A stretch of DNA of 63,265 bases, the filler included, from Anaerolineae bacterium (GTDB lineage Bacteria; Chloroflexota; Anaerolineae; Epilineales; Epilineaceae): NCBI GenBank assembly GCA_029262755.1. It is 6 parts of 6 records of this genome, joined end to end, with 100 filler letters (N's around TTAATTAATTAA, not from the genome) between each part and the next. Parts side by side here need not be neighbours in the genome. Positions count along the whole stretch, not along the records: positions 1 to 25,716 come from JAJCYU010000073.1; positions 25,817 to 32,250 come from JAJCYU010000075.1; 4 more parts are not named here. The stretch is one strand, 5' to 3'. The notes below the pieces were generated by a model. It had not been told where the DNA came from. It searched no databases and worked only from the letters and a program-made list of their open reading frames with translations. Below are positions 18,070 to 28,460 of this stretch, piece after piece. Positions within the stretch are counted from its first letter, which is position 1; each line of letters opens with the position of its first letter. The position numbers and the translations under genes are program-made.

Positions 18070-20196
18070 CTACTGGACGATATCCACGCGCATTCCTGCC
18101 TCGAAGGGGCCGTCGACGATCTGTGTGCCGCCGCCGGGCCACGTCACCTCGATGCGCTCGACCGTGCTCGCGTCGCCTAGACCGAAGTAGAGTGGCTGAT
18201 CGCTCTGCGCAAGGTAGCCCGACTGCCCGTCGTGCACGCGCACTTGCTCGCGCCCGCCTGCGACGACGCGCACGACGGCGCCCAGGCCGTCGCGGTTGGC
18301 CGTGGTGCCCTCCAGATCGATCGTGATCGTGTTGAGTTCGCCAAGCTGCGCCAAGTCGCTGGTCAGGACCATCGGCGGGGCGTTCCACTCGCCGGTCACC
18401 ACATCGAGGTCACCATCGCCTTCGAGGTCCACCAGCACCGATCCGCGGGAGCTATGCGGCTCCCAGAGCTGGAGGATGCCCGTCTGGCCTTCGCACAGCG
18501 GGTGCTGCGCATCCCGCCCGTCGCAGTCCAGGACGAACCATTTGCGAAAGTACGTCCCGTCCGGTCGTGGCTCGAGCCCCACGACGAACTCGGCGTCCAC
18601 GAAGCCCTGTCCCGCCTCGTTGAGCAGCAAGCTGTTAGGGGCGTAGCGGAACGTGAAGCCCATGCCGCCGGCGACCAGGATGTCCTCCCAGCCGTCGGCG
18701 TTCAGGTCGCCCGCGCTCGCGCCCCAGGGCCAATAGGTCTCGCTGCCGTTGGCGTCGGAGATCTCGGTGTAGCGCACGTCCTCTTCACCGGCGCCTTCCT
18801 CCGCCTCGTAGAACGCGTTGCCGAGGATGCTGATGCCGCCGGTGAGCAACGTGGAATCCGGCCACAGCGGGCGCGACTTGAGTTTGTCGTACGCGATCGT
18901 CGTGTTCTCCTGCATGTCGGAGTGCATATCCATGACGAAGAGATCCTGGGCGCCGTCGCCGTTGAAGTCGCGTGCCAGGGCGGCCATGGCGCCCCAGGGT
19001 GTGTTGGGGAAAAGCGCGCGACCGCGCGAGACGAAGCCTCGGCCCTGCTGGTTCTCGTAGTACTCGTCGTTGCCCTGCATGTTGAGCACATACAGATCTG
19101 TCCACCCATCGCGGTTGACGTCCATCGGCACGGCGTCGCCGCTCCAGCCGCGCTCGTCCGCGAAGCCCATGGCCGCGGTGACGTCCTCGAAGCGGCCGTT
19201 GCCCGTGTTGCGGTAGAGGCGGCTGCCTTCGGTTCGATCGCCGTACATATGACCGGAGAAGGCGTCCTCCAGGCCGATGTAATAGGAGTAGGCGCGTGGA
19301 TCCTCGACGTCGTTGGTGTCGAGAGCGGCCGGACCCTGTTCGCGCGCTGTGTAGACGCCCACCACGGACAGGAAGAGGTCGAGCAGCCCGTCTTGGTCGT
19401 AGTCGAAGAAGTCCGCGGCAGAAGAGTGGCCCACATAGTCGACGCCAGAGCCCTCGCTCACGTCTGTGAAGCCACCGGCGCCGTCGTTGAGGAAGAGGCG
19501 ATTCCCCTCCTTCAACGTCGTGACGTACAGGTCGGGGTCGCCGTCATTGTCGATATCCGCGAACGAGGCCGTCACGCACACAACGGAATCGAGCGCGAGA
19601 CCTTCGTCGGTGACGTCCTCGAATCGACCATCGCCCACATTCCGGTACAGCGCGTTCGAACCGATCTGCGTGATGAAGTACAGGTCTTGCAGCCCGTCTC
19701 CGTCGATGTCGGCAGTCGAGACGCCGTTCCCGTGGTCGTAGTGGTTGGCCTTGAAGGCGATGGCACCGTCCGGCGTGGTCCGGTGCCGCCACGTGATGCC
19801 GCTCTCGGGCAACGCGTCCGTGAGCCGAAAGTCGGCCCGCACGGGCGAGGCCTCCACCGAGCTTCGCTGCGTCGCGACGTGTCCGGGGAGCCAATCAGGG
19901 TCGTCCGGCGCCACGGGCCCCGCCTTATGGGTCTTGGGCGACTGTTCGCGCTCGCCGTTGGGCTGCACGGCGTCGGAGGTCGGCTCCGAAACCGGGAGGA
20001 CGGGATCGATGCCGGCTTCCGCGGCGCGTTCCGCGGTGCCAGGCTCTGCGATCGACGCGGATTCGCCCGGCGCATCAATAGTGTCCGTGCCAGGTGCGCA
20101 GGCCGATATGACGATGGTGACGACCAACGCCGCCACGCCAGAGAAGAAGAATCGTCGGGTGCTGGAGAGGTGTGCGTGATGATGTGCTCGGGCCAT
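18070..20196 (-). CDS. CRTAC1/ASPIC-UnbV family lipoprotein, paralog 1
   Basis: SD AGGGAG; lipobox VISAC; same repeat and ASPIC/UnbV motifs. Confidence 0.9.
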   Translation of the reverse strand: MARAHHHAHLSSTRRFFFSGVAALVVTIVISACAPGTDTIDAPGESASIAEPGTAERAAEAGIDPVLPVSEPTSDAVQPNGEREQSPKTHKAGPVAPDDPDWLPGHVATQRSSVEASPVRADFRLTDALPESGITWRHRTTPDGAIAFKANHYDHGNGVSTADIDGDGLQDLYFITQIGSNALYRNVGDGRFEDVTDEGLALDSVVCVTASFADIDNDGDPDLYVTTLKEGNRLFLNDGAGGFTDVSEGSGVDYVGHSSAADFFDYDQDGLLDLFLSVVGVYTAREQGPAALDTNDVEDPRAYSYYIGLEDAFSGHMYGDRTEGSRLYRNTGNGRFEDVTAAMGFADERGWSGDAVPMDVNRDGWTDLYVLNMQGNDEYYENQQGRGFVSRGRALFPNTPWGAMAALARDFNGDGAQDLFVMDMHSDMQENTTIAYDKLKSRPLWPDSTLLTGGISILGNAFYEAEEGAGEEDVRYTEISDANGSETYWPWGASAGDLNADGWEDILVAGGMGFTFRYAPNSLLLNEAGQGFVDAEFVVGLEPRPDGTYFRKWFVLDCDGRDAQHPLCEGQTGILQLWEPHSSRGSVLVDLEGDGDLDVVTGEWNAPPMVLTSDLAQLGELNTITIDLEGTTANRDGLGAVVRVVAGGREQVRVHDGQSGYLAQSDQPLYFGLGDASTVERIEVTWPGGGTQIVDGPFEAGMRVDIVQ

Positions 20197-20467
20197 GTGC
20201 TACGGCTCCCTGAGTGTGGCGAGACGAAGGGCATGTATAGGAGGGTCTCGGATAAACGATGCGAAACCACAGCTCTAAACACCGACCGCGACGTTTGGGC
20301 ACCGTGCAAATGATCGGTCGCCAACGGTTCGAAACGGCCGCGTCTCACCGATCCGGCTAGACCCCGTCGACCCCGCCGACCCCGGGACCGCCGGGTCCGT
20401 GATACCATCGCTACCCTGGATCGCAGGCCTACAGTCGGTCCACTCCACCCGAGCGAGGGAGCGCGGC

Positions 20468-21616
20468 ATGACGAGTTCGATCACCTCGGTGCCCGTCATT
20501 CATCTCGGCTGCGGAGGGGTCGGCCGCGCGTTCGTCCAACAAGTCCTGGAGTCGCGCACGCACCACGGTAAGCGCCATGGACTCCGCTTGGCGCTCGCCG
20601 CGCTCGCCGACTCGCGTGCCGCGGTGCTCGCGAACATCGCGGGACTGGGCATGTCCGATGACGCCTTGCGCGCGTGCATGGACCTCAAGTCCGCAGGCGG
20701 CAGCCTGGCCGATCGTCCCGATGCGCTCGCCGCACAACGCGGGCCTTGGTGGTTGGAGCGCGTGCCCGGTCCCGGCATCGTGGTCGACAACACGGCCGAC
20801 CCCGACCTCGCCCCCGCGCTGATCGCGACCCTGGAGGCCGGCTGGCACGTTGCGCTGGCCAACAAGATCCCGCTGGTCGGCGCGATGGCGGACTACCGGT
20901 CGATCGCATGGCGCGGCGGACCAGGGCGCGAGGCACGACCGGACGGCAGCGCCAGCGCCGGGCGCGCAATGTGGGAATCGACCGTCGGCTCCGGCGTGCC
21001 CGTGATCGCCACGTTGGAGCGTTTGCGCGCTGCCGGCGACACGGTCCGCAGGATCGAGGGCACGTTCAGCGGAACGATGGGCTTCCTCACAAACGGGCTG
21101 CGCGAGGGCCGCGCTTTCTCGGACCTGGTGCGCGAGGCGCGCGAGCTCCATTTCACGGAACCGGACCCGCGTACGGACCTCGGCGGTATCGACATGGCGC
21201 GCAAGGCCCTGATCCTTGCCCGCGGCTGCGGATGGGATCTGGAGCTGGACGATGTCGAGGTGGAAGCGCTCTATCCTCCCGCCTTGGACGCTCTAAGCGT
21301 CGCGGGCTTCCTGGATGCGCTGGAAGCCTTGGACGAAATCATGGCCGCCCGCGTTGCGCGGGTCGCCGACGAGGGCTCGGTCCTGCGCTACGTGGCCACC
21401 GTCGATCCCGAGGCCGGGGTCTGCCGGGTCGGGCCGACGGCGGTCCCCGCGGACAGCCCGCTCGGCCGCCTGCGCGGCACCGACAACCTGGTCACGTTCC
21501 ATAGCCGCTGGTACGACCCGGAACCGCTCGTGCTGCAGGGGCGCGGCGCCGGCGTCGACGCGACGGCGGCCGGCGTGCTCGCGGACGTCGTGCAGCTCGC
21601 GGGGCTGTTGGTATAG
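20468..21616 (+). CDS. hom: Homoserine dehydrogenase (stand-alone, ThrA/MetL HSDH-domain type)
   Basis: LGCGGVG Rossmann motif, ALANK, ESTVGSGVPVI, GTFSGT, FTEPDPRTDLGGIDMARK, GRGAG. Confidence 0.9.
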   Translation: MTSSITSVPVIHLGCGGVGRAFVQQVLESRTHHGKRHGLRLALAALADSRAAVLANIAGLGMSDDALRACMDLKSAGGSLADRPDALAAQRGPWWLERVPGPGIVVDNTADPDLAPALIATLEAGWHVALANKIPLVGAMADYRSIAWRGGPGREARPDGSASAGRAMWESTVGSGVPVIATLERLRAAGDTVRRIEGTFSGTMGFLTNGLREGRAFSDLVREARELHFTEPDPRTDLGGIDMARKALILARGCGWDLELDDVEVEALYPPALDALSVAGFLDALEALDEIMAARVARVADEGSVLRYVATVDPEAGVCRVGPTAVPADSPLGRLRGTDNLVTFHSRWYDPEPLVLQGRGAGVDATAAGVLADVVQLAGLLV

Positions 21617-21645
21617 GCTGAGGGTCTTGCGTCTCAGGAGGTCCC

Positions 21646-23724
21646 ATGTTCGCCGTCTCGAAGCGCCGTCAGTACCCGATCTCTCGCAGGACCGACCCCG
21701 GGCGCGGCCACCGCTTGGCCCGCGGCGCCACGATCGCCGTGGCCGCCGTGCTCGTGCTGGTCGCCGCCGGCTCGAAACGCTACGCCATCCGCGCCCAGCC
21801 GCCCCAGGGCACTGCGCCGCGCGTCGAGGGGCACCTGCTCGGCTACCGCTGGGTCTACCTCCAGAACAACTTCCAGGTGATCGAGAACGTCGCGCGGGTG
21901 AAAGCCATCCTCGACCGCGCTGCCGCCGCCGGCTTCAACGGCGTCATCTTCCCGGACGGGAAGCTCGGCCGGCTCGAAGACGGCTCCTTGCTGCCCCGCT
22001 ATCACACGCACCTGGACGAGGTCCTGGCGCATGCCCGTGCGCTGGGCATGACCGCGATGCCCGCCACCGCGGACTTCGGCTACTCGGAGTCGATCCTTTG
22101 GCACGACCCCAACCTGGCGGCCACGCTGCCGGTACGAGCCTCCCGGCACGTCGCCCGCGGCGGCCGGCTGGTGCCGGACGACGCCGTGCCGGTACGCATC
22201 GTCAACGGGGACTTCGAGGATGTGCCGGACTCCGGACACGCCTTCCCTGGTTGGGCCTGGCAGGATCAGCCGGGCGTCACCTCCTTCGTCGACCGCGACG
22301 TGCGCCACGGTGGACGTGCAAGCATCCGCATGGAGGCGCCGGGCGACACAAACCCGCCGGCCGGTAACGCGCGCATCCAGCAAGCAATCGCGGTCGAGCC
22401 ATTCCGGCACTACCACGTCTCGGTCTGGGTGCGCACCGAGGGCTTCGATGGCGGCGATGTGCGGGTACTGCTGCTGGGCCAAGGCCCGCAGCGCACGTTG
22501 AATTGGAACTCGGTGCCCGCCGCCGTCACGCAGGACTGGACCCGCTTCGACGTCACGTTCAACACGCTGACCCACGATACGGTGCTGTTCTACCTCGGCG
22601 TATGGGGTGGCCGCGGCGGCACGATCTGGTGGGACGATGCACGGATCGAGCCGGCGGGGCTGTTCAGCCTGGCGCGTCGACCCGGCGCTCCGGTTCGTAT
22701 CACCAGCGACGACGGTGCAACCGTGTACGAGGAGGGCCGCGATGTCCTACCGCTCGCGGACCCCAAGAGCGGCAACGTCCGGTGGCCCGGCGACTACGAT
22801 CTATGGCACGTGGCCCCGCCGATCGAGCTGGCCCCCGGCAGCCGGATCGCGGACGGCGAGCGCGTGCGCATCTCGTGGCACCACATCCCCTTGATCCACG
22901 GCGAGCAGGTCACGGTCGCGCTCAACGAACCGGCCGTCTACGACATCGTCGAAACACAACTGGCGAGCACCCGCCGCGCCTTCGAACGCAGCGACGCTTT
23001 CGGCGGTTGGATGCTCGGCTTCGACGAGATTCGCGTGCACGGCTGGGACGAAGCGCCGGCGCCGGGCGACGGCAGCCCGGGTGCCGCGCTCGCGGCGAGC
23101 ATCGGTCACGTGCACGACCTCGCCCGTGCGATTGACGAACACGCGCCGCTTTGGGTGTGGTCGGATATGTTCGATCCGTTTCACAACGCCGCGGAGCGCG
23201 AGACACCGTACTACCTCGTCGACGGCGATTGGCGCGGCAGCGCGCAAGGGCTCGATCCCCGGATCGGCATCCTGAACTGGAACCGCGGCGCTTCGCGGCG
23301 TGATTCCGCCTCCTTCTTCGGCGAACGCGGCCACCGCCAGATCCTGGCCGGCTACTACGACGCATCGCCGAACCGCTTCGCCGACCGCGCATGGTTGGCC
23401 GAACTCACCGGCATCCCCGGCATCGACGGCGTGATGTATACACAATGGGGCAGCGGCTTCGATCGCCTCGAGGCCTGGGCGGAGCACGTCTGGGGCGACG
23501 CAACGTGGGAGCCGTGGCCGCCGGAAGGCGCGGCGACCGCGACGGTGCCGCCCGCGGCGACCGCGACCGCGACAGTGGCCGTGACCGGCACCGGCACCCC
23601 CGTAGCGACGGCGCCGATCGCCCCGACGTCGGCTGCGCCTACCGCGACCGATGCCATGCCCGGCACGGCCGAGCCCGGCGGTCCAACCCACACGACGCTC
23701 GCCCTGCCGTGGCTGGCGCGCTGA
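21646..23724 (+). CDS. Secreted putative glycoside hydrolase (TIM barrel, GH20-like DE pair) with inserted CBM4/9-like domain, Pro/Thr linker and C-terminal LPxxxR motif
   Basis: Signal peptide; VNGDFE CBM start; GFDEIR, VWSDMF, GVMYTQW; ends ...TLALPWLAR. Confidence 0.65.
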   Translation: MFAVSKRRQYPISRRTDPGRGHRLARGATIAVAAVLVLVAAGSKRYAIRAQPPQGTAPRVEGHLLGYRWVYLQNNFQVIENVARVKAILDRAAAAGFNGVIFPDGKLGRLEDGSLLPRYHTHLDEVLAHARALGMTAMPATADFGYSESILWHDPNLAATLPVRASRHVARGGRLVPDDAVPVRIVNGDFEDVPDSGHAFPGWAWQDQPGVTSFVDRDVRHGGRASIRMEAPGDTNPPAGNARIQQAIAVEPFRHYHVSVWVRTEGFDGGDVRVLLLGQGPQRTLNWNSVPAAVTQDWTRFDVTFNTLTHDTVLFYLGVWGGRGGTIWWDDARIEPAGLFSLARRPGAPVRITSDDGATVYEEGRDVLPLADPKSGNVRWPGDYDLWHVAPPIELAPGSRIADGERVRISWHHIPLIHGEQVTVALNEPAVYDIVETQLASTRRAFERSDAFGGWMLGFDEIRVHGWDEAPAPGDGSPGAALAASIGHVHDLARAIDEHAPLWVWSDMFDPFHNAAERETPYYLVDGDWRGSAQGLDPRIGILNWNRGASRRDSASFFGERGHRQILAGYYDASPNRFADRAWLAELTGIPGIDGVMYTQWGSGFDRLEAWAEHVWGDATWEPWPPEGAATATVPPAATATATVAVTGTGTPVATAPIAPTSAAPTATDAMPGTAEPGGPTHTTLALPWLAR

Positions 23725-23811
23725 GCGCGAACGCGTCCGGCGCTTGCCGACCAGCGACCGGCCATCGCCGACGTGTGCGCAGGTGATCCCCGCGTGATTC
23801 CCACGCAATCG

Positions 23812-23840
23812 TTGACCCTGCGGGCCTGGACGCCCATAAT
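23812..23840 (+). promoter_or_regulatory. Sigma-70-type promoter for tpiA-rnj
   Basis: TTGACC (23812-23817), 17-nt spacer, CATAAT (23835-23840). Confidence 0.65.
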
Positions 23841-23856
23841 TACGCGGTTGTTGTAG

Positions 23857-24633
23857 TTGTCAATCACAGGGAGCAACACTCTGCGCAGGACCCTGATCGC
23901 AGGCAATTGGAAGATGCATACGACCGTGGCCGAGGCACGCGACCTCGCGGCCGCGGTGATCTCGGCGACCGCCGACATGGCGGGCGCGGACGTGCTCCTC
24001 GCACCGCCGTTTACGGCGCTTGCGGACGTCTCGCGTTCCGTGGCGGGTAGCGGCATCCTCGTCGCCGCGCAAGACTGTCATTGGGCCGATCAAGGCGCCT
24101 TTACGGGCGCGATCAGCCCCGCGATGGTCGCCGAATGGGCCACGCACGTGATCCTCGGCCACTCGGAGCGCCGTGCGCTCTTCGGCGACACCGACGACGA
24201 GGTCAACCGCAAGGTGCACGCGGCGCTCGGCCACGGCTTGGCGCCCATCGCCTGCGTCGGCGAGAGCGAAGCGCAGCGCGACGCGGGCGACGCGGATAGC
24301 GTCGTTGCGGCGCAAATCGACGCGGCGCTCGCCGGCGTGGCGGACAGCGAGGCACTTCGGCTCACCCTGGCATACGAGCCAGTGTGGGCCATCGGAACCG
24401 GACGAGCCTGTGACAAGGGCGAGGCGGCGCGCGTCTGCGCGCTGGTCCGCTCTCGCCTCGCCGCGCGCTTCGGCGCCGACGCGGCGGCACGCATCCGCGT
24501 GCTCTACGGCGGCTCCGTGAAACCGAAAAACGTTAACGGCTATCTGGCCGCGGACGATATAGACGGCGCCCTCGTGGGCGGCGCATCCCTGGCCGCGGAA
24601 TCCTTCGCGTCCCTCGTGGCGGCGGCGAGTTAG
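23857..24633 (+). CDS. tpiA: Triosephosphate isomerase (true start may be CTG 23881)
   Basis: IAGNWKM, GHSERR, AYEPVWAIGTG, LYGGSV, DGALVGGASL. Confidence 0.98.
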   Translation: MSITGSNTLRRTLIAGNWKMHTTVAEARDLAAAVISATADMAGADVLLAPPFTALADVSRSVAGSGILVAAQDCHWADQGAFTGAISPAMVAEWATHVILGHSERRALFGDTDDEVNRKVHAALGHGLAPIACVGESEAQRDAGDADSVVAAQIDAALAGVADSEALRLTLAYEPVWAIGTGRACDKGEAARVCALVRSRLAARFGADAAARIRVLYGGSVKPKNVNGYLAADDIDGALVGGASLAAESFASLVAAAS

Positions 24634-24675
24634 TCCTCGCGCAGCGTGCGTCACGCTACCAAAGGAGCACTCTTC

Positions 24676-25716
24676 ATGAATCCAACCCTTCGCATCATCC
24701 CCCTCGGCGGCTTCGGCGAGGTCGGGCGCAACCTGACGGTCCTCGAGTACGACGGCCAGATGATCTGTATCGACTGCGGCTTGATGTTCCCCGAAGGCGA
24801 CATGCCCGGCATCGACATCATCCTGCCCAACTTCACGTACCTGAAGGAAAACGTCGACAAGATCCTCGGCTACTTCATCACCCACGGCCACGAGGACCAC
24901 ATCGGCGCATTGCCCTTCGTCCTGCCCGAGGCGCCGGCGCCGGTGTACGCCACGCGCCTGGCGCGAGGCCTCATCGAGGTGAAACTCAAGGAGCACAAGC
25001 TGCTCGAGAAGACCGAGATGCATACGGTCTCCCCGCGGCAGGTCATCGAGCTCGGCCCCTTCAAGATCGAGCCCTTCCGTGTCAGCCACTCGATCCCCGA
25101 CACCGTCGGCTTCGCGATCGACACGCCCCTCGGCATGGTGGTGCACACGGCGGAGTACAAATTCGACCTGACGCCGGTCGACGGCCAGACCACCGACATC
25201 CATCGCCTGGCAGAGCTCGGCCAGAACGGCGTGCTCGCGCTGCTCTCCGACAGCACGAACGCCGAGCGCGCGGGCCACACGCCCTCCGAGGCCATCGTGA
25301 AGGAGGCCATGGAACGCGTTTTCGAGCGCGCCCTCGGTCGCGTGATCATCTCGACCTTCGCATCGAACATATCGCGCATCCAGGAAGTGCTCAACGTCGC
25401 CGTGGAGTTCGACCGCAAGGTCGCCGTGGTCGGGCGCTCGATGGAAAAGAACACAAAGATGGCGCTGGAGCTCGGCTACCTGAAGGTGCCGCCCGGCACC
25501 CTGGTCGGCCTGAGCGAGCTCGAGAAGCTCCCGGACGAAGAGGTCACGATCGTCTGCACCGGCACGCAGGGCGAGCCGACCTCGGCCCTGGTGCGCATGG
25601 CCCACAACAACCATCGCCACGTGCAGCTGAAGAAGGGCGACACGGTCGTGCTCTCTGCCTCGCCCATCCCGGGTAACGAGGAGTTGGTGCACCGTACGCT
25701 CAACGAGTTGTTCAAG
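24676..25716 (+). CDS. rnj: Ribonuclease J (partial, cut by contig end)
   Basis: IPLGGFGEVGRN, THGHEDHIG, HSIPD, DSTNAE, GTQGEP, PIPGNE; SD AAGGAG. Confidence 0.97.
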
Positions 25717-25816
25717 NNNNNNNNNNNNNNNNNNNNNNNNNNNNNNNNNNNNNNNNNNNNTTAATTAATTAANNNNNNNNNNNNNNNNNNNNNNNNNNNN
25801 NNNNNNNNNNNNNNNN
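25717..25816. other. Artificial contig-joining spacer
   Basis: N44-TTAATTAATTAA-N44 (stops in all six frames). Confidence 0.99.
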
Positions 25817-26030
25817 TCATGTGCTCCCAGGGGTTGGACACGTGCATGCTGTACGGCAACGGCGGGCTAAAGTAGCTCAGATCTTGAACCACAAACGGCA
25901 GGGGCCAGCCAAAGGACACCGACGATAGTTCTGCCTGGTCGAAGACCTCTACTCGATCGAATCGCAGGGATGTACAGACCAGCACAAAGGACAGGACGGC
26001 GATGATCAATGTCTTGCGTGTTGGCATCAT
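25817..26030 (-). CDS. Hypothetical membrane/secreted protein (partial)
   Basis: Hydrophobic N-terminus and FGWPLPF motif; SD GGAGG; runs into the gap. Confidence 0.55.
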
Positions 26031-26259
26031 ACCCTCCGGGTCGGGCCTTCGACTGCGTCACTTCACGTATTCCATGCGCGTCTCTGCATCCACGTTGTAA
26101 GCATCCTCGAGGCCGTGCCGACCGCTTCAGAATAGCAGGCTATCCTTGGGGCGATCCCTGGCGGATCGTGGCGGACTTCTACACTCGAAGTGCTACTGTC
26201 GATCCGCACGATTGTTGCCACGTGAGTCCTTCCGCATCCCTGTACCTAGGAGCGCACCC

Positions 26260-26589
26260 ATGGCCTACGACGAAACCCTTGCAGCCCGCATGCGCGCCGC
26301 CCTCGCAGACCGTGATGACGTCAGCGAGCGCAAGATGTTCGGCGGTCTGTGCTTCATGGTGGCCGGTCATATGGCCTGTGGGACGCATGGTGAGGAGATC
26401 ATGGTGCGGGTCGGGCCGACTGCGCATGCCGATGCCCTCGCCCGCCCGCACGCGCGGCCCATGGACTTCACGGGCAGGCCGATGAAGGGCTTCGTGTTTG
26501 TCGGGGTCGAAGGGATTGAAAGCGACGAAGATCTGGCTGCGTGGGTGGGGGACGGCGTTGCCCATGCGACATCGCTGCCACCAAAGTAA
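26260..26589 (+). CDS. TfoX/Sxy N-terminal domain family protein
   Basis: MAYDETLAARMR...ERKMFGGLCFMVAGHMACG...MDFTGRPMKGFVFV...LPPK; SD AGGAG. Confidence 0.9.
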   Translation: MAYDETLAARMRAALADRDDVSERKMFGGLCFMVAGHMACGTHGEEIMVRVGPTAHADALARPHARPMDFTGRPMKGFVFVGVEGIESDEDLAAWVGDGVAHATSLPPK

Positions 26590-26645
26590 CGCAGTGGTGA
26601 TATCCTGGGCGCGGGGAAGGACGCACCGCGCACAAGGAGCCCACA

Positions 26646-28277
26646 ATGCCCGCACGGTTGCCCGCCGGTCCGATCCGCACCATTCGCACCCGCGAGGGTG
26701 CCGACGCGCCCTTTTATTTGCTGCCGTTCGACGAACGAGGCCTGTGCACCGGCCCGGCGACGCGCGCGCATTTGCTTGCGGCGGCGAGCGCCCGAGCGGC
26801 AGGGGATTCCGGTTCGAGCGGTGGGAGCGGTGGCGCGACCGGTGATGGTGATGGGACCGGTGACGGTGCCTCCGCGCAGCCGGGCGATGCTTTCACCGAT
26901 ATCGTGCTCTTCTGCCACGGCTGGAACAACGACTGGACCGTGGCCACGGAGCGATTCGCCGACTTCATCGACGGCTTCGCCGCACTGCGACGCGGTCTCG
27001 ATGCACAGGCCACGAAGCCGTGGCGCCCGCTCTTGGTCGGCGTCTTCTGGCCGAGCACGGCCTGGGTCTTCGGCGAGGACGAGCGCGGGCCGGACATCGC
27101 CGCCGGTGGCATGGACGTCGGCGGCGCGGGGTCGGGCGCGGGCAGCGGTGTGCCGGATGCCGGCGAGCAAGATGTCGTCGAGCTGCTCGCCTCCTTGTCG
27201 GCCGGCCTGAGCGCGGACGACGCACTGCGGCTGTACGCGCTCGCGCAGGCGGACGCGCTCGACGCGGACGGCGCTCGCGCGTTGGCGAAGCTGGTCGCGC
27301 CGCGGCTCGCCGCTGATGACGAGTTGGGTGGCGGCGGAGCCGAAGCGGACGCGCCGCCGGATGCGGACGAGCTCGTCACGCTGTGGGCGGCCGCCGCGAC
27401 GGTCGACGATGGTGCTGGGGCGGGAAGTGGGTCCGCAACCACCGATGGCTCCGGCGGCGGCGCGGTCGGCGCGACGAGCGAGGGCGGTCCGGACGGCCAC
27501 GCCGGTGGACTGGAGGACTTCGGCACGGTTGGGGGGTCGAGCGCTTCGGGCGGTGCCGGCGGGACGACCGGTCAGGACGCCGGCGACCCGGATGCGGCGG
27601 GCTTGTTCTCGGCCATCGATCCGCGCAAGGCGCTGCGGCTGCTGACCGTGTGGCGGATGAAGGACCGGGCCGGCGTGGTGGGCGCACACGGTGTCGGGCC
27701 GCTGGTGCGCGAGATTCTGGAGACGACGTCTGCGCGTGTGCACTTGGTCGGCCACTCCTTCGGCGCGAAGGTAATGCTGTCTGCGGTAGCCGCTGGACCC
27801 GCGCCCGTACGACCCGTTCGATCGATGCTGCTGTTGCAGCCGGCCGTCTCGCATTTGTGCTTCGCGCCTGCGGGCCGCGTGCCCGGCACCGCGCGACCCG
27901 GGGGCTATCACGAGGTCCCCGCTCGCGTCGAGCTGCCCGTGGTATCGACCTTCAGCAATCGGGACGTGGCGCTTCGGCACACCTTCCACCTCATGCTGCG
28001 CCGCAAGCGCGACCTCGGCGAGGCGGAGATCGCGGCGCCGGGCGAGCCGCCCAGCCGCTACTGCGCCCTCGGCGGCTATGGGCCGCGCGAAGCATCGCAG
28101 GCGCTTCGCGACCTGCCGGCGGCACGCGAGGCGGTGGATCTGCCGCAAGACATCGGCGTCCTCGGCCTGGACGGCGGCGTCGAGGACGCCGCCGGGCGGC
28201 CGCGCATAAGCGGTCACGGCGATATCAGCAACGAAGCCACGTGGTGGTTGCTCCACGCGTTGGTGAATGCGGACTGA
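26646..28277 (+). CDS. Alpha/beta-hydrolase fold protein (Ser hydrolase)
   Basis: FCHGWNN oxyanion-type motif, GVFWPS, nucleophile HLVGHSFG, FSNRD, C-terminal SGHGDI; Gly-rich insertions. Confidence 0.8.
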   Translation: MPARLPAGPIRTIRTREGADAPFYLLPFDERGLCTGPATRAHLLAAASARAAGDSGSSGGSGGATGDGDGTGDGASAQPGDAFTDIVLFCHGWNNDWTVATERFADFIDGFAALRRGLDAQATKPWRPLLVGVFWPSTAWVFGEDERGPDIAAGGMDVGGAGSGAGSGVPDAGEQDVVELLASLSAGLSADDALRLYALAQADALDADGARALAKLVAPRLAADDELGGGGAEADAPPDADELVTLWAAAATVDDGAGAGSGSATTDGSGGGAVGATSEGGPDGHAGGLEDFGTVGGSSASGGAGGTTGQDAGDPDAAGLFSAIDPRKALRLLTVWRMKDRAGVVGAHGVGPLVREILETTSARVHLVGHSFGAKVMLSAVAAGPAPVRPVRSMLLLQPAVSHLCFAPAGRVPGTARPGGYHEVPARVELPVVSTFSNRDVALRHTFHLMLRRKRDLGEAEIAAPGEPPSRYCALGGYGPREASQALRDLPAAREAVDLPQDIGVLGLDGGVEDAAGRPRISGHGDISNEATWWLLHALVNAD

Positions 28278-28460
28278 GGCGCGTCGATGCACCGTGCGGA
28301 GCGATGCGACGCGATTCGACGGGAGGCAGCGCGATGCGATTCGACGGGACTTGACGTGGAGAGACGCGGGGCAATGCAACGTTCAGCGACGCACCGCCTG
28401 ACGCGGTAGCTGCACGGACAACGTAGCGGCACACGGCCAACGGCACCCACACGATCGAGG

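Noticed and set aside
18232..20313. 693-aa plus-strand ORF (likewise 23860..25692 -, 26367..28379 -, 48354..50297 -, 41219..41965 -)
   Set aside because: Antisense shadows of well-supported genes, typical of high-GC codon bias; no recognisable motifs.
20200..20467. Possible riboswitch or T-box upstream of hom
   Set aside because: No SAM, lysine or T-box consensus and no terminator recognisable.
25761..25772. TTAATTAATTAA palindrome recurring five times
   Set aside because: Always centred in identical N padding; an artificial contig linker.
28311..28349. 14-bp direct repeat GCGATTCGACGGGA x2 between the hydrolase and pseudo-CHAT genes
   Set aside because: Only two copies and no convincing associated promoter; a local duplication is sufficient explanation.
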